Positions 25,035 through 33,111 of a stretch of DNA of 34,015 nucleotides are shown in pieces. Numbering within the stretch: the stretch's first letter is position 1; each line of letters starts with the position of its first letter. The stretch is from positions 1-34,015 of the IMG/VR virus record IMGVR_UViG_3300025387_000007. The stretch is one strand, 5' to 3'. A model generated the notes under the pieces. The model was not told where the DNA came from. It ran no database searches and saw only the letters and a list, made by a program, of their open reading frames with translations. Origin of the DNA: a virus. Lineage: Duplodnaviria > Caudoviricetes. Position numbers and translations under genes: made by a program.

Positions 25035-25547
25035 ATGGGTTGGTCACAGAAGCTAAAATCGGCCGCCGGTGCCAAAAAGTTATCGGGCGCAGCGATAGGC
25101 CGCGCTCTAGGGTACTCTGCAACTTCTGCGAACGAATGGCTTCGGGGCGAAACCGAACCCGAATTTGCTATTTTGCAGCCGCTTTGCGATCTTTTAGGTA
25201 TTCAGGTTGCCTGGCTATTTGACGACTCAATGACCGATGACTTAACCGGCCCTGGCCTTTTAGCTTGCAACCTCTTTGCCGAGGTCATGAAAGAAAAGGG
25301 GCCATATGGGGCAGTAGCGCTTCTCGGCGGTTCCACGCAGCCCGGCCGGGTTGGCACTGGTTACACGTCAGCCAATAACCCGATAGGCTACGACAAAGCC
25401 AGCGACCCGGAAGACCCCCCAGGTTCCATCGTGGGTGCCGTTGCGGGACCACGAACTGGCGGTAGTCCAGACCAGGGTCAACTCGATAACCCGGCCACCA
25501 GCAAGAGTGATGTTATTGGCATGCCGAAGAAAAAGCGGAAACTTTGA
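25035..25547 (+). CDS. XRE-family HTH immunity repressor (CI-like), no S24 peptidase domain
   Basis: KLKSA..AKKLSGAAIGRALGYSATSANEWLRGETEP..L..LCDLLGI.VAWL; divergent from the early operon. Confidence 0.82.
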   Translation: MGWSQKLKSAAGAKKLSGAAIGRALGYSATSANEWLRGETEPEFAILQPLCDLLGIQVAWLFDDSMTDDLTGPGLLACNLFAEVMKEKGPYGAVALLGGSTQPGRVGTGYTSANNPIGYDKASDPEDPPGSIVGAVAGPRTGGSPDQGQLDNPATSKSDVIGMPKKKRKL

Positions 25548-25719
25548 TGCCGGTTTGACTTCGGTGACATGCCCCGCCTTGATGTCGATTCGCATCGGTT
25601 TGACCCTGCTCTAGCCGCCTACTTGTTCAGTGGTCTGTACAGTATGAGAACAGGTTGACGGCTGATCAATACGTGGACGGCAGATTTTTTTGAAGGGCTG
25701 AAAACGTGGGCAATCTCGA

Positions 25720-25913
25720 TTGAGCAAACCAGCGAATACTGAAAAAAATGGAAAGTCTTTAACTGGCTAACGATTATCATTGGAATTTTAATCGAATGCC
25801 TTGGCGTTCAATTTGAAAGCGGAATCATTCTTGCCCTTGGACTTCTCGCTCTTGTTATTGGGGTCATAGGAATCATTGTCGTAAACTTTGGGATCTGGTG
25901 GTCCCACGGATGA
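25720..25913 (+). CDS. Two-TM small membrane protein interrupted at an A7 tract (frameshifted or pseudogene)
   Basis: WKVFNWLTIIIGILIECLGVQFESGIILALGLLALVIGVIGIIVVNFGIWWSHG has an in-frame TGA at 25740 and no standard start; a -1 shift joins it to TTG 25720. Confidence 0.5.
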
Positions 25914-26068
25914 CCGAGCGTATCATTCGCGCCCTGATTGCGATTTGGTTCGCCCTGGCCGTGCTTGGCTGCCTGCTCAAGGTTGTGCTGCCGGTGGTCG
26001 AATGGTTCTGCGATGCCAAAGATGATTTCCATCGCAGGTGGCTAAATTCGCCACCTGACCGAGACTGA
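25910..26068 (+). CDS. Small membrane protein (52 aa), below the ORF-track cutoff
   Basis: MTERIIRALIAIWFALAVLGCLLKVVLPVVEWF...; ATGA overlap with the previous ORF; ends before the terminator. Confidence 0.55.
   Translation: MTERIIRALIAIWFALAVLGCLLKVVLPVVEWFCDAKDDFHRRWLNSPPDRD
26035..26057. repeat. Dispersed palindromic element, copy 3 (one mismatch)
   Basis: CAGGTGGCTAAATTCGCCACCTG, 22/23 identical to copies 1 and 2. Confidence 0.9.
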
Positions 26069-26075
26069 CGCGCAT

Positions 26076-26115
26076 AAAAAAAGGCCGGACACCCCGCCCT
26101 TGGTGTCCGGCCTTT
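26076..26115. terminator. Bidirectional intrinsic terminator between the late and immunity units
   Basis: AAAGGCCGGACACC-8 nt-GGTGTCCGGCCTTT; U7 on the minus strand. Confidence 0.88.
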
Positions 26116-26192
26116 CTCTGAGTACTTCACGGCTATAGTGTACGCTTAGCCTTCTGTCAGATCAAGCCAGCTGTCAAGGATTACTTGACAGC

Positions 26193-26711
26193 TCACGCCC
26201 CGGCAACCAGCAAATACACGGTCACGCTGGCCATGCTGTTGGTGGTCAGGACGACCCGCTTGTTGGTACTGCTGACCACGATGCCGGTCGTGTTGGGGGC
26301 AGCCAGCGACAGCCAGGCGTTGTTGTTGGGACTGCTGGCAGGAATCGGAATCCCGCCCGTGCTGATCAGGTTTGTGCATCCATTGGTGGCATCGGCTGCG
26401 AATGTCACAATCGAGCCATCGGTGCCGGCATTGGTTACCACCGAAATCATCCAGTGTCGGATGCGGGCGAAGTTCACGGACGCCCCTGAACCGTCCACAA
26501 GGTCCGTGGTGAGGTCCACGACCTGCGAGCCACTAGCGGCCAGGGTCCATTGGCCAATGCCCACCAGGTCAATCTGATCGGCTGCCGTGCCGTTGGTAAA
26601 CTGGGCCTGGTTGGAGATGGCCAGCGATCGGGTTGAGCCAGCGAAAAACCCCGAGGCAATGGTCTGCTTGAAAATGCTGCTTGCCTTGGCAGACCCGGAA
26701 ACAACGGCCAT
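26193..26711 (-). CDS. Beta-rich putative virion protein (172 aa), last late gene
   Basis: Ala/Thr/Ser-rich beta pattern; follows the tail-tip genes. Confidence 0.65.
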   Translation of the reverse strand: MAVVSGSAKASSIFKQTIASGFFAGSTRSLAISNQAQFTNGTAADQIDLVGIGQWTLAASGSQVVDLTTDLVDGSGASVNFARIRHWMISVVTNAGTDGSIVTFAADATNGCTNLISTGGIPIPASSPNNNAWLSLAAPNTTGIVVSSTNKRVVLTTNSMASVTVYLLVAGA

Positions 26712-26714
26712 AGA

Positions 26715-27065
26715 TCACCACTTCCCTTCAGGACAGGCTGAGAGTTGCCAGGTTGTCTTGATCGCCATGTTGCAGCCACACGAGCCACATCGGCCCGAGT
26801 CTGCCAGGTATCGGGGGCAGGCTTTGCAGGTCGCCATACGCTGGCGTGCCAGCCTTTTGCGGGCCATCGGTAGCCCGGCCTTGATGTGCTGAGCCATGGC
26901 ACGGGCGAAGGTGACAGCTTGCCGCCAGAGTGGAGGGGGCTTGAGAATTGCCGATGGCTGGCGTGGCCCCTCGATGAGCTGGCGCTCATGCTCGAGCAAA
27001 GCTGCCCCCCACTTGGCCGGGTCGGCTGCTGCCAATGTGCGGAGGTGTGCGAGGGGGTCACTCAT
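26715..27065 (-). CDS. Small Cys-rich protein (DUF6171-like), 116 aa from MSDPLAH
   Basis: RMATCKACP...RCGSCGC...K...CPEGKW; ATGA overlap. Confidence 0.7.
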   Translation of the reverse strand: MSDPLAHLRTLAAADPAKWGAALLEHERQLIEGPRQPSAILKPPPLWRQAVTFARAMAQHIKAGLPMARKRLARQRMATCKACPRYLADSGRCGSCGCNMAIKTTWQLSACPEGKW

Positions 27066-28297
27066 TCGGTAATTGTGATTGTGCGAGCTGGCAGATAGAC
27101 CACTGTGCCATTCCTTACGAGAGGGATGGCTGGCGTTGTGAATGTGGCCGAGAATGGGTTGCACGTCCAACTGGTGGCGGTGATTGCATAGTTGAGATAG
27201 CAGATCGTCGCCCAATAGCTGCCGAATGAGTTGGTAATATATTGGGCTGTAAACGCACAGCATCCCGGCCCGCTCGGTGGCTGGCAGGCGCAAAAATACG
27301 GGTTACTGCCGTACCATGTCTGGCAGGCCGTTGTGCTGCAATTGTAGAAAACTTGCAGGTTCAGGACTGGCGTGCCGTTGGACAGGTCAAGGTTATAGCT
27401 TGATTGTGGCCTGCGACCGTTTGACGCTGATGAATCTAACTGCGTCCACAAGCATAGATTACCGATCAGGGTAGCCGTGCCAGACACAGGGGTCAGGGTG
27501 AACCCGCCCGTGGCATCGTTGCAAGTTTTGTCGATGTTCATCGACGGGTCGGACACATACAGCAAAGGGGGCATCGTCACCCCGCTGCATGCCACCGTGC
27601 AGCATGTGCGGACATAGGTTGAACTGCTGCCACTGCTGTAGGTGATCGCATCCTGTGGCGTGGTGCATGGCAAGCTAATTGATGTTGCCATTCGCATGAT
27701 CACTGACGCCGCACAATTGGTGGCGGTCAGTATGATGTTGCTGCCGGTCACGCTGCCTGTGGCATCGGTCACCAGGAACCGATAGTAATCGTAGGCACCG
27801 CCGTACGTCAGACCTGCGACCGTGCTTTTCGCTGTAGTGGCGTCGGTGGTTCCGGTGGTGTAGGTAGACCAGCCATCAGCGCTGGCCTTCTGGAGTGTCC
27901 AGGCTTTTGAGCCTAGCAGGGTGGTGCCGTCGCACCTGGTCGTTGTGATCGAGATTGAACCGCATGCCGTGCCATAGGTGAAGGTCTTGGGTGCAAGCTG
28001 GTAAGCGTACCGCCGCGCGCAGAAGTTACCGAGCAAGACCCCGTTGGCTGTTTCAAAGTACGTCGTGTTGTGCGTGACTGTGACGTAGAGGGTCTGGCCT
28101 ACATAGCCAGCCAGATTCAACGAGACATCGCCAGACGAGTTGGTGGTACCGCTGGCCACGGTTGTGCCGCTGCCGGTCTTTACCACGACGGTGGCACCCG
28201 CGGAAGCCGAGCCGCATTCATCGACGTGGAAGTCTGTGGTGCAGACCGCTGGAGTGCAGCAGGGGCAGCCGGGTTGATTACGCTTCCTGAATGCCAT
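27062..28297 (-). CDS. Cys-rich putative tail fibre/receptor-binding protein (411 aa from MAFRKRNQPGCPCC)
   Basis: 23 Cys; Ig/Cna-B-like segment GATVVV...SGTTNSSG.VSL; position at the tail tip; TGATG overlap. Confidence 0.6.
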   Translation of the reverse strand: MAFRKRNQPGCPCCTPAVCTTDFHVDECGSASAGATVVVKTGSGTTVASGTTNSSGDVSLNLAGYVGQTLYVTVTHNTTYFETANGVLLGNFCARRYAYQLAPKTFTYGTACGSISITTTRCDGTTLLGSKAWTLQKASADGWSTYTTGTTDATTAKSTVAGLTYGGAYDYYRFLVTDATGSVTGSNIILTATNCAASVIMRMATSISLPCTTPQDAITYSSGSSSTYVRTCCTVACSGVTMPPLLYVSDPSMNIDKTCNDATGGFTLTPVSGTATLIGNLCLWTQLDSSASNGRRPQSSYNLDLSNGTPVLNLQVFYNCSTTACQTWYGSNPYFCACQPPSGPGCCAFTAQYITNSFGSYWATICYLNYAITATSWTCNPFSATFTTPAIPLVRNGTVVYLPARTITITE

Positions 28298-28626
28298 CAG
28301 CAGGGTTCCAGAATCACTTCCCACCGTCCACTCACCCAGGCGATGGTTACCCAGGTGTTACCGCTCACGGCTTGCGTGGTGGAGGGGTTCCACACGGTAA
28401 ACGAGTTGGTGGTGGTCGTGTATGCCGAGCCGGTCCAATTACCTTCGGTGCAACCTTGCGAGGTTCCTGCGGCAATGCCCCCCGCTGGGGTCTGAGCTTT
28501 GGCGACCCAGGCGAACCCTCGGGCGTTGCCAGCGTCGGGGGGAAGCTGTGGGCGGGGCTGATTGCCAAACGCCTTGACGACCGTGCGAAGCTGGTTGACG
28601 GCACCCTCACCTAGTCTTATCCCCAT
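28297..28626 (-). CDS. Putative tail-tip protein (109 aa)
   Basis: Packed in the tail module; ends GRWEVILEPC. Confidence 0.6.
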   Translation of the reverse strand: MGIRLGEGAVNQLRTVVKAFGNQPRPQLPPDAGNARGFAWVAKAQTPAGGIAAGTSQGCTEGNWTGSAYTTTTNSFTVWNPSTTQAVSGNTWVTIAWVSGRWEVILEPC

Positions 28627-29603
28627 CCAAGATCCCCCTGTGGAAATCCGAGTTGATTGAAATCCATCTCTTTATAGAAACGGAACCCTTTGGTGGGCAG
28701 GGCTGTGGCTGAACTGAGAGGGTAGGAGATCGCAGATCCGCTGCTACTCAACGGCCTGGGCTCGCTCACGTACTGGCCTTTAGCGTCAGTGATCGGCACC
28801 AGCGAACCACTGACCTTTTGATTGAATCCCACGTTGGCGAGCAGATCGTCCCAGCCCTGGTAGGTGGTGCCTGTCACATCGGTCCATGCTGGCCAGGGGC
28901 GAATCACGAACTCGTATTGCACCTGGTAGTACAGGCCAATGTCCTGATGCCCCATCATTGGACCGGGGTTAATTGTCACGCACTTGGCGAACCGTGGCGG
29001 GTAGGTCACGCCAGCCACTGTCCAGGCTACGCTGTTCACGCTGTCGCAATAAGCGGCCATGCCGAAGTCATCAAACGCACGTTCGCGGCGCATGATGCGG
29101 AACAGCGGGTAATGGCGTTCTCGCTCGGGCACCTCGCCGAATGGCTCGCCAGCCGTGTTGGCGTAGATGTTGCCCGCGTTATCGAATGGGTAAACGTAGC
29201 GCTCCACCCACTGGCCACGTTCCAGTTTGATGGGTGCCAGTGACGGGTCTTCAGGGATGGTCTGTTCTACCGGGCCTACCCAGTTGGGGTCGGTTGGTTC
29301 AAACTGAGCCGAGATAATCCACTCACGGCAGAGCACACCATTGAGTGTGATCTGGCTGCCCTCGGCCGCTTCCAGCGTGGTCAGGTAGATGTTGAGCTTT
29401 TCGTAACTTGCAGTAAACTGCGTGCCAGTGATCCACTGGTAACCGGGCTGAATTCCGGTCAGGCTCATGAAGTCACGCAGTACACTGCCCTGGTGGTACT
29501 GATCACCAGGTGCCAGCACACGCCAGGACTTGGTGAAGCCAAACGCACCGACCGAGCTAACCGAACCACGTCGGTTGTCGAGTTGTTCAATACTCACAAG
29601 CAT
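28617..29603 (-). CDS. Putative distal tail/hub protein (328 aa)
   Basis: Immediately after the TMP; NTAGEPF, DSVNS..W motifs. Confidence 0.6.
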   Translation of the reverse strand: MLVSIEQLDNRRGSVSSVGAFGFTKSWRVLAPGDQYHQGSVLRDFMSLTGIQPGYQWITGTQFTASYEKLNIYLTTLEAAEGSQITLNGVLCREWIISAQFEPTDPNWVGPVEQTIPEDPSLAPIKLERGQWVERYVYPFDNAGNIYANTAGEPFGEVPERERHYPLFRIMRRERAFDDFGMAAYCDSVNSVAWTVAGVTYPPRFAKCVTINPGPMMGHQDIGLYYQVQYEFVIRPWPAWTDVTGTTYQGWDDLLANVGFNQKVSGSLVPITDAKGQYVSEPRPLSSSGSAISYPLSSATALPTKGFRFYKEMDFNQLGFPQGDLGWG

Positions 29604-29604
29604 T

Positions 29605-31047
29605 TTAGAAACTCGCTAGTTCGGGGGTAGCTTTGCCGCCGTCAATGGCTTTCAGCATCTTGTCGAGCGTTTCGGCCATCTTGCTGGTGTTCTTGGCTGT
29701 GTCCTTCTCGGGTGTGCGGTCGTAGCCCTGAGCAGACAAAGCGAGCTTGTAGAACTGCTGTGTGCCTGCTTCGGCCATCGTGGCAGACCGATTGCGGAAC
29801 GCCTCGGGCTCAATGCGGTTGTCTTTGGCCTTGTTCACGGCGTCCATCTGTTTGGCGAGGTCCATCACGGCCCCATTGCCAAGTTGCTTGCGAAGTTCGA
29901 GGAGTTGCATCACCTCGTCACTTGCGCCGTACTGCTTGGCGATGGATTCCTTTTGCAGGCCCTTGAGGATGTCTGACCGCTCACTCATGGCCTTGACGAA
30001 TTTCTCAGTTTCAGCCTGCTGGATTTTTTCTTTCAAGTCTTGGGCTTTTCGCTGGGCTGCAACGATTGCCGCTTGTACGTCTTTTTCTTGCTTGACTCGT
30101 GGGTCAACTTCGGCCGGACCTTTGACATTTGGGCCGTCCCAGGTGTCCTTGCCGTGATCCATCTCATACAGGCTTTTCATCACGTACTTAGCGGCTTTTG
30201 CAATCTTGTCAAACAGCATCACCCAGCCAGACAGAGACTTGGCCACAAACGCAACGGCAGGACCGAACACCTCGCCAATTGTGGTGGAGAAGTCGCTAAA
30301 CGTACTTGAGAGTTTGGCCAATGCACCTGATGCCGTGTTAGCTCCAGACGCTGCTGCCCCGTTGTATTTGTTGGTCTGCTGGAGCAACAGGTTAATCGTG
30401 GTAAGCGTCTTGGCTTCCACGCTGAATTCACCATTGATTTTCTTGACGCCCTGGCGAAGGAGTTCGGCTTCAACGGCTGCGGCTTTGACGTTTACGCCAA
30501 ACTTCTCGATCGGGTCGTATTCGCCACGCAAGGCGCTGGCGATGGCTTCAACAGCTTCGCCTGCACCGTAGCCGGTTGCCGCTGCCATATCGGCGGCCCG
30601 CTTGAGAAGAATGCTGGTCTTCTCGGCTGCATTGCTGGCACTCACGCCAGCGTTTGTCAGGTTGGCACCGATTTGTACAGCCGCCTGAGCCGTCTCAATG
30701 CGGGCCATGCCGAGCCCCTTGGCAAGCCCGTCAATGGTGCCCTTCACCTTGTCGCTCGATTGACCGAAGATTACGTCGATGGTGCGGCCGGATGCTTTCA
30801 GCCTGTCGGCCTGTACGGCAGCGTCCTTGATGGCGCTACCGAGCTTCATCACCGCCGCAATGCCAACAGTGATACCCAGGCCAGCAGCCAGGCCGCTCAT
30901 GCCAGAGAACGCGTTTGTGAATCCGCTGCCTGCCTGCTGTGCTTTGTTGCCGAGGCCATCAAGCACTTTCTTAGCCCGTTCGGCCCCGGCTTCCAGGCCG
31001 GAAACATCGGCAGAAAAAAGGGCTTTGACTGATCCTACTACAGCCAT
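29605..31047 (-). CDS. Tape measure protein (480 aa)
   Basis: N-terminal V.A...AD.SGL, Ala-rich helices, RAADMAA..AIASALRGEYDPIEKFGV. Confidence 0.9.
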   Translation of the reverse strand: MAVVGSVKALFSADVSGLEAGAERAKKVLDGLGNKAQQAGSGFTNAFSGMSGLAAGLGITVGIAAVMKLGSAIKDAAVQADRLKASGRTIDVIFGQSSDKVKGTIDGLAKGLGMARIETAQAAVQIGANLTNAGVSASNAAEKTSILLKRAADMAAATGYGAGEAVEAIASALRGEYDPIEKFGVNVKAAAVEAELLRQGVKKINGEFSVEAKTLTTINLLLQQTNKYNGAAASGANTASGALAKLSSTFSDFSTTIGEVFGPAVAFVAKSLSGWVMLFDKIAKAAKYVMKSLYEMDHGKDTWDGPNVKGPAEVDPRVKQEKDVQAAIVAAQRKAQDLKEKIQQAETEKFVKAMSERSDILKGLQKESIAKQYGASDEVMQLLELRKQLGNGAVMDLAKQMDAVNKAKDNRIEPEAFRNRSATMAEAGTQQFYKLALSAQGYDRTPEKDTAKNTSKMAETLDKMLKAIDGGKATPELASF

Positions 31048-31050
31048 GTG

Positions 31051-31575
31051 TTACCCCTTCAGGTAGCTGGATCGCTTGAAGGCTTTGCCCTTGGATGCGG
31101 CCAGACGTTGGCCTTTCACAATGTCATTGCAGGCCATCGCAAGACCACGCACCAGCTCGGTTTGCATTGTCGCCAGTGCGTCGGCAGATGTGGCGGTGAG
31201 TGCGTCTTTCATGAAATGCTTGCCGGGCACCTTGCCGCCGGCGTTTTTGTTCTTGGCACCTAATCGGGTTTTTCGGCTGCCGGGAGTCCAGCCGTACTCC
31301 TGAAAGCCACCGTAAAACTGATCGCCCTGAAACATGCCACCACCGTCACCGAACGTACCCACGCTGAACGCTGACGCCACGGCCTTCTTGCGAACCCTGG
31401 ACTCACGCACAGCCAGAGCGCCAAGCAATGCGCCAGACCGAACGGGTACACTGTTGAACGCTCTGGGGAACGTCACGAGGGCAGACGCTTTCACAGCCTT
31501 CTTCAGGTACTTGCGGGCCAGCCGGTTGGATAGCTCGCCGTATGCCTTACGAACGGCCTGGTCATCCCAGATCAT
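31051..31575 (-). CDS. HK97 gp10-like tail completion protein
   Basis: LKKAVKASA..VPVRSGAL...FYGGFQEYG...PGKHFMKDA. Confidence 0.85.
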   Translation of the reverse strand: MIWDDQAVRKAYGELSNRLARKYLKKAVKASALVTFPRAFNSVPVRSGALLGALAVRESRVRKKAVASAFSVGTFGDGGGMFQGDQFYGGFQEYGWTPGSRKTRLGAKNKNAGGKVPGKHFMKDALTATSADALATMQTELVRGLAMACNDIVKGQRLAASKGKAFKRSSYLKG

Positions 31576-31922
31576 GTTGAGCGTGGCGATATTCGTGCTC
31601 CTGCAAAGGCTGCCTTGAATGCCGCAAACGCTGCGGTCTGGTCTTCGCCCTGGTTGCTTGCCACGGGATCAGGATTACCGGGCGTGAAGTCGGTGGGCTT
31701 CATCACCCGCGAGTGCTTGCCACGGTTCACATTGGCGATGGTGGCCGCAATTGTGCCCGATGCCAGCCACGGGTCGGGGAGTGGGTCGTACTGTTGCAAC
31801 CAGACCCATTCGAAAAACTCGGCAGACGACATGCGACTACCGAGTTCCCCGACGGTCATACCCAGATGACCAGCGAGCCGGAAAGCGAATCGTCTCAGGC
31901 TTCCGGCTCGGTTGGTTTTTTT
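31572..31922 (-). CDS. Tail assembly chaperone, -1 frameshift extension (gpT-like)
   Basis: The -1 frame reads KKTNRAGSLRRFAFRLAGHLGMTVGELGSRMSSAEFFEW... Confidence 0.88.
   Translation of the reverse strand, partial: KKTNRAGSLRRFAFRLAGHLGMTVGELGSRMSSAEFFEWVWLQQYDPLPDPWLASGTIAATIANVNRGKHSRVMKPTDFTPGNPDPVASNQGEDQTAAFAAFKAAFAGARISPRST
31874..31922 (-). promoter_or_regulatory. Programmed -1 frameshift signal
   Basis: A_AAA_AAA (31922-31916), 5-nt spacer, 10-bp stem CGAGCCGGAA/TTCCGGCTCG. Confidence 0.88.
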
Positions 31923-32248
31923 AGCTCGTCGTTCGCCTCCTGCGTGAGGCCAGATAAGCGGTTGATGGCCTGCACCAGCCTCATCAAGGGAACGCTATTC
32001 TTGGCCTTGAGGGCTTCGATATCGTCCTTGGTGAAGACTGGCGTACCATCGTCACCGATCACGCACGCCACCAGGGCGGTGGTGTTCAGGTCGATCGTGC
32101 TTCCACCGCCGCTGGTGAGCTGCGAGAGTTCACCCAAAGTGAGCCCTCGCACCAACACCGAGCCGCCCCACTCGGGGCAATCGACCTCTTCGCGTGGGAG
32201 GTCGTTGGCGTTAAGGATGTCGTGCCGCGTCAGACGTTTCATGATCAA
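31895..32248 (-). CDS. Tail assembly chaperone (gpG-like)
   Basis: LTRHDIL...EEV.CPEWGGSVLVRGLT..E; ends ELKK at the slippery site. Confidence 0.9.
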   Translation of the reverse strand: MIMKRLTRHDILNANDLPREEVDCPEWGGSVLVRGLTLGELSQLTSGGGSTIDLNTTALVACVIGDDGTPVFTKDDIEALKAKNSVPLMRLVQAINRLSGLTQEANDELKKPTEPEA

Positions 32249-32688
32249 GCCCAGGTAGGAATGGCGTTGAGTACAAGGCCGTACTCTTTGGTGATGTTCG
32301 AATCCAGCTCGATGCCCTCGAGCGGGATCGACTCGATGTAAGCGGGAAAGCTGGCCGTGGCACCCGTCTTGACCAAGCCGGTGGTGGGGTCAAGCAGAGC
32401 AAGTTTGAAGTACAACAGCGTGCCAGCGGTGCAGGCTGCATCAAGCGCCATGTGTCCGGTGTCGGTTGGGTCGTAATACACCTGAAACGAAGCGGTAGGC
32501 GATTCAGGAACACCGGGGCGCTTGGGGTGGATGGTGGCCGTGAGGTACGGCTGGTCAATCATGGTCTGAGTGATCTCAGGCCCATTGACGCTGACAGCCT
32601 GGGCAATGACGTTATACGTGCCACCCGAGGATGTGCTGTAAGACAGAGTGGCGCCTTTGCCGAGAAGGATCTGCGTAGCCATTGGCAA
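32245..32688 (-). CDS. Major tail tube protein
   Basis: GKGATL..IAQAVSVNGPEIT...YYDPTDTGH..L; between the terminator and chaperone genes. Confidence 0.8.
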   Translation of the reverse strand: MPMATQILLGKGATLSYSTSSGGTYNVIAQAVSVNGPEITQTMIDQPYLTATIHPKRPGVPESPTASFQVYYDPTDTGHMALDAACTAGTLLYFKLALLDPTTGLVKTGATASFPAYIESIPLEGIELDSNITKEYGLVLNAIPTWA

Positions 32689-32694
32689 GCCTTT

Positions 32695-33111
32695 CTAAGG
32701 TCGGGAGTAACGCATGGTGAAAGAAACCGTGGCCACCCGAACGGCCCGGTCAGAGCCGTCATTGAGTCGCATGTATTGGGAGTCAACGCTTTGGGGCGTG
32801 GTCTCCAGGACCGTCACACCGCCGCCGAGAACGCCTCGAAAATCAGCCCGGAAGAAATGGGCTTGGATGCGGTCGAGGATGATGCGGGTGGTGGCTTTGT
32901 TGTTCGTGATCACATCGAGGCCGACGCTCTCGGTGCGGACCTTGCCACGGCCAGCCAGGTGAACCGGCTGGTCTTCGGTGGTGGTGTGGTAGACAATGGC
33001 GGGGATGCTGGCTTTTTGCGGAAGCGTGGACTCGTAGACCCGGTTGCCAATGAGGCCGGGCAGGTCTTGAATCGTGAGGATTTCCGCAACAAGCGACTCT
33101 TCAAAAGTCAC
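32695..33111 (-). CDS. Tail terminator (DUF3168-like), stand-alone copy
   Basis: EESLVAEI...LIGNRVY..LPQ...PAIVY; directly upstream of the tube gene. Confidence 0.85.
   Translation of the reverse strand: MTFEESLVAEILTIQDLPGLIGNRVYESTLPQKASIPAIVYHTTTEDQPVHLAGRGKVRTESVGLDVITNNKATTRIILDRIQAHFFRADFRGVLGGGVTVLETTPQSVDSQYMRLNDGSDRAVRVATVSFTMRYSRP

Noticed and set aside
25620-25646. Imperfect palindrome TGTTCAG-TGGT-CTGTACA as an SOS box
   Set aside because: Does not match a LexA consensus I can support; single weak occurrence
26715-28297. Diversity-generating retroelement acting on the tail fibre
   Set aside because: No reverse transcriptase and no TR/VR repeat pair noticed
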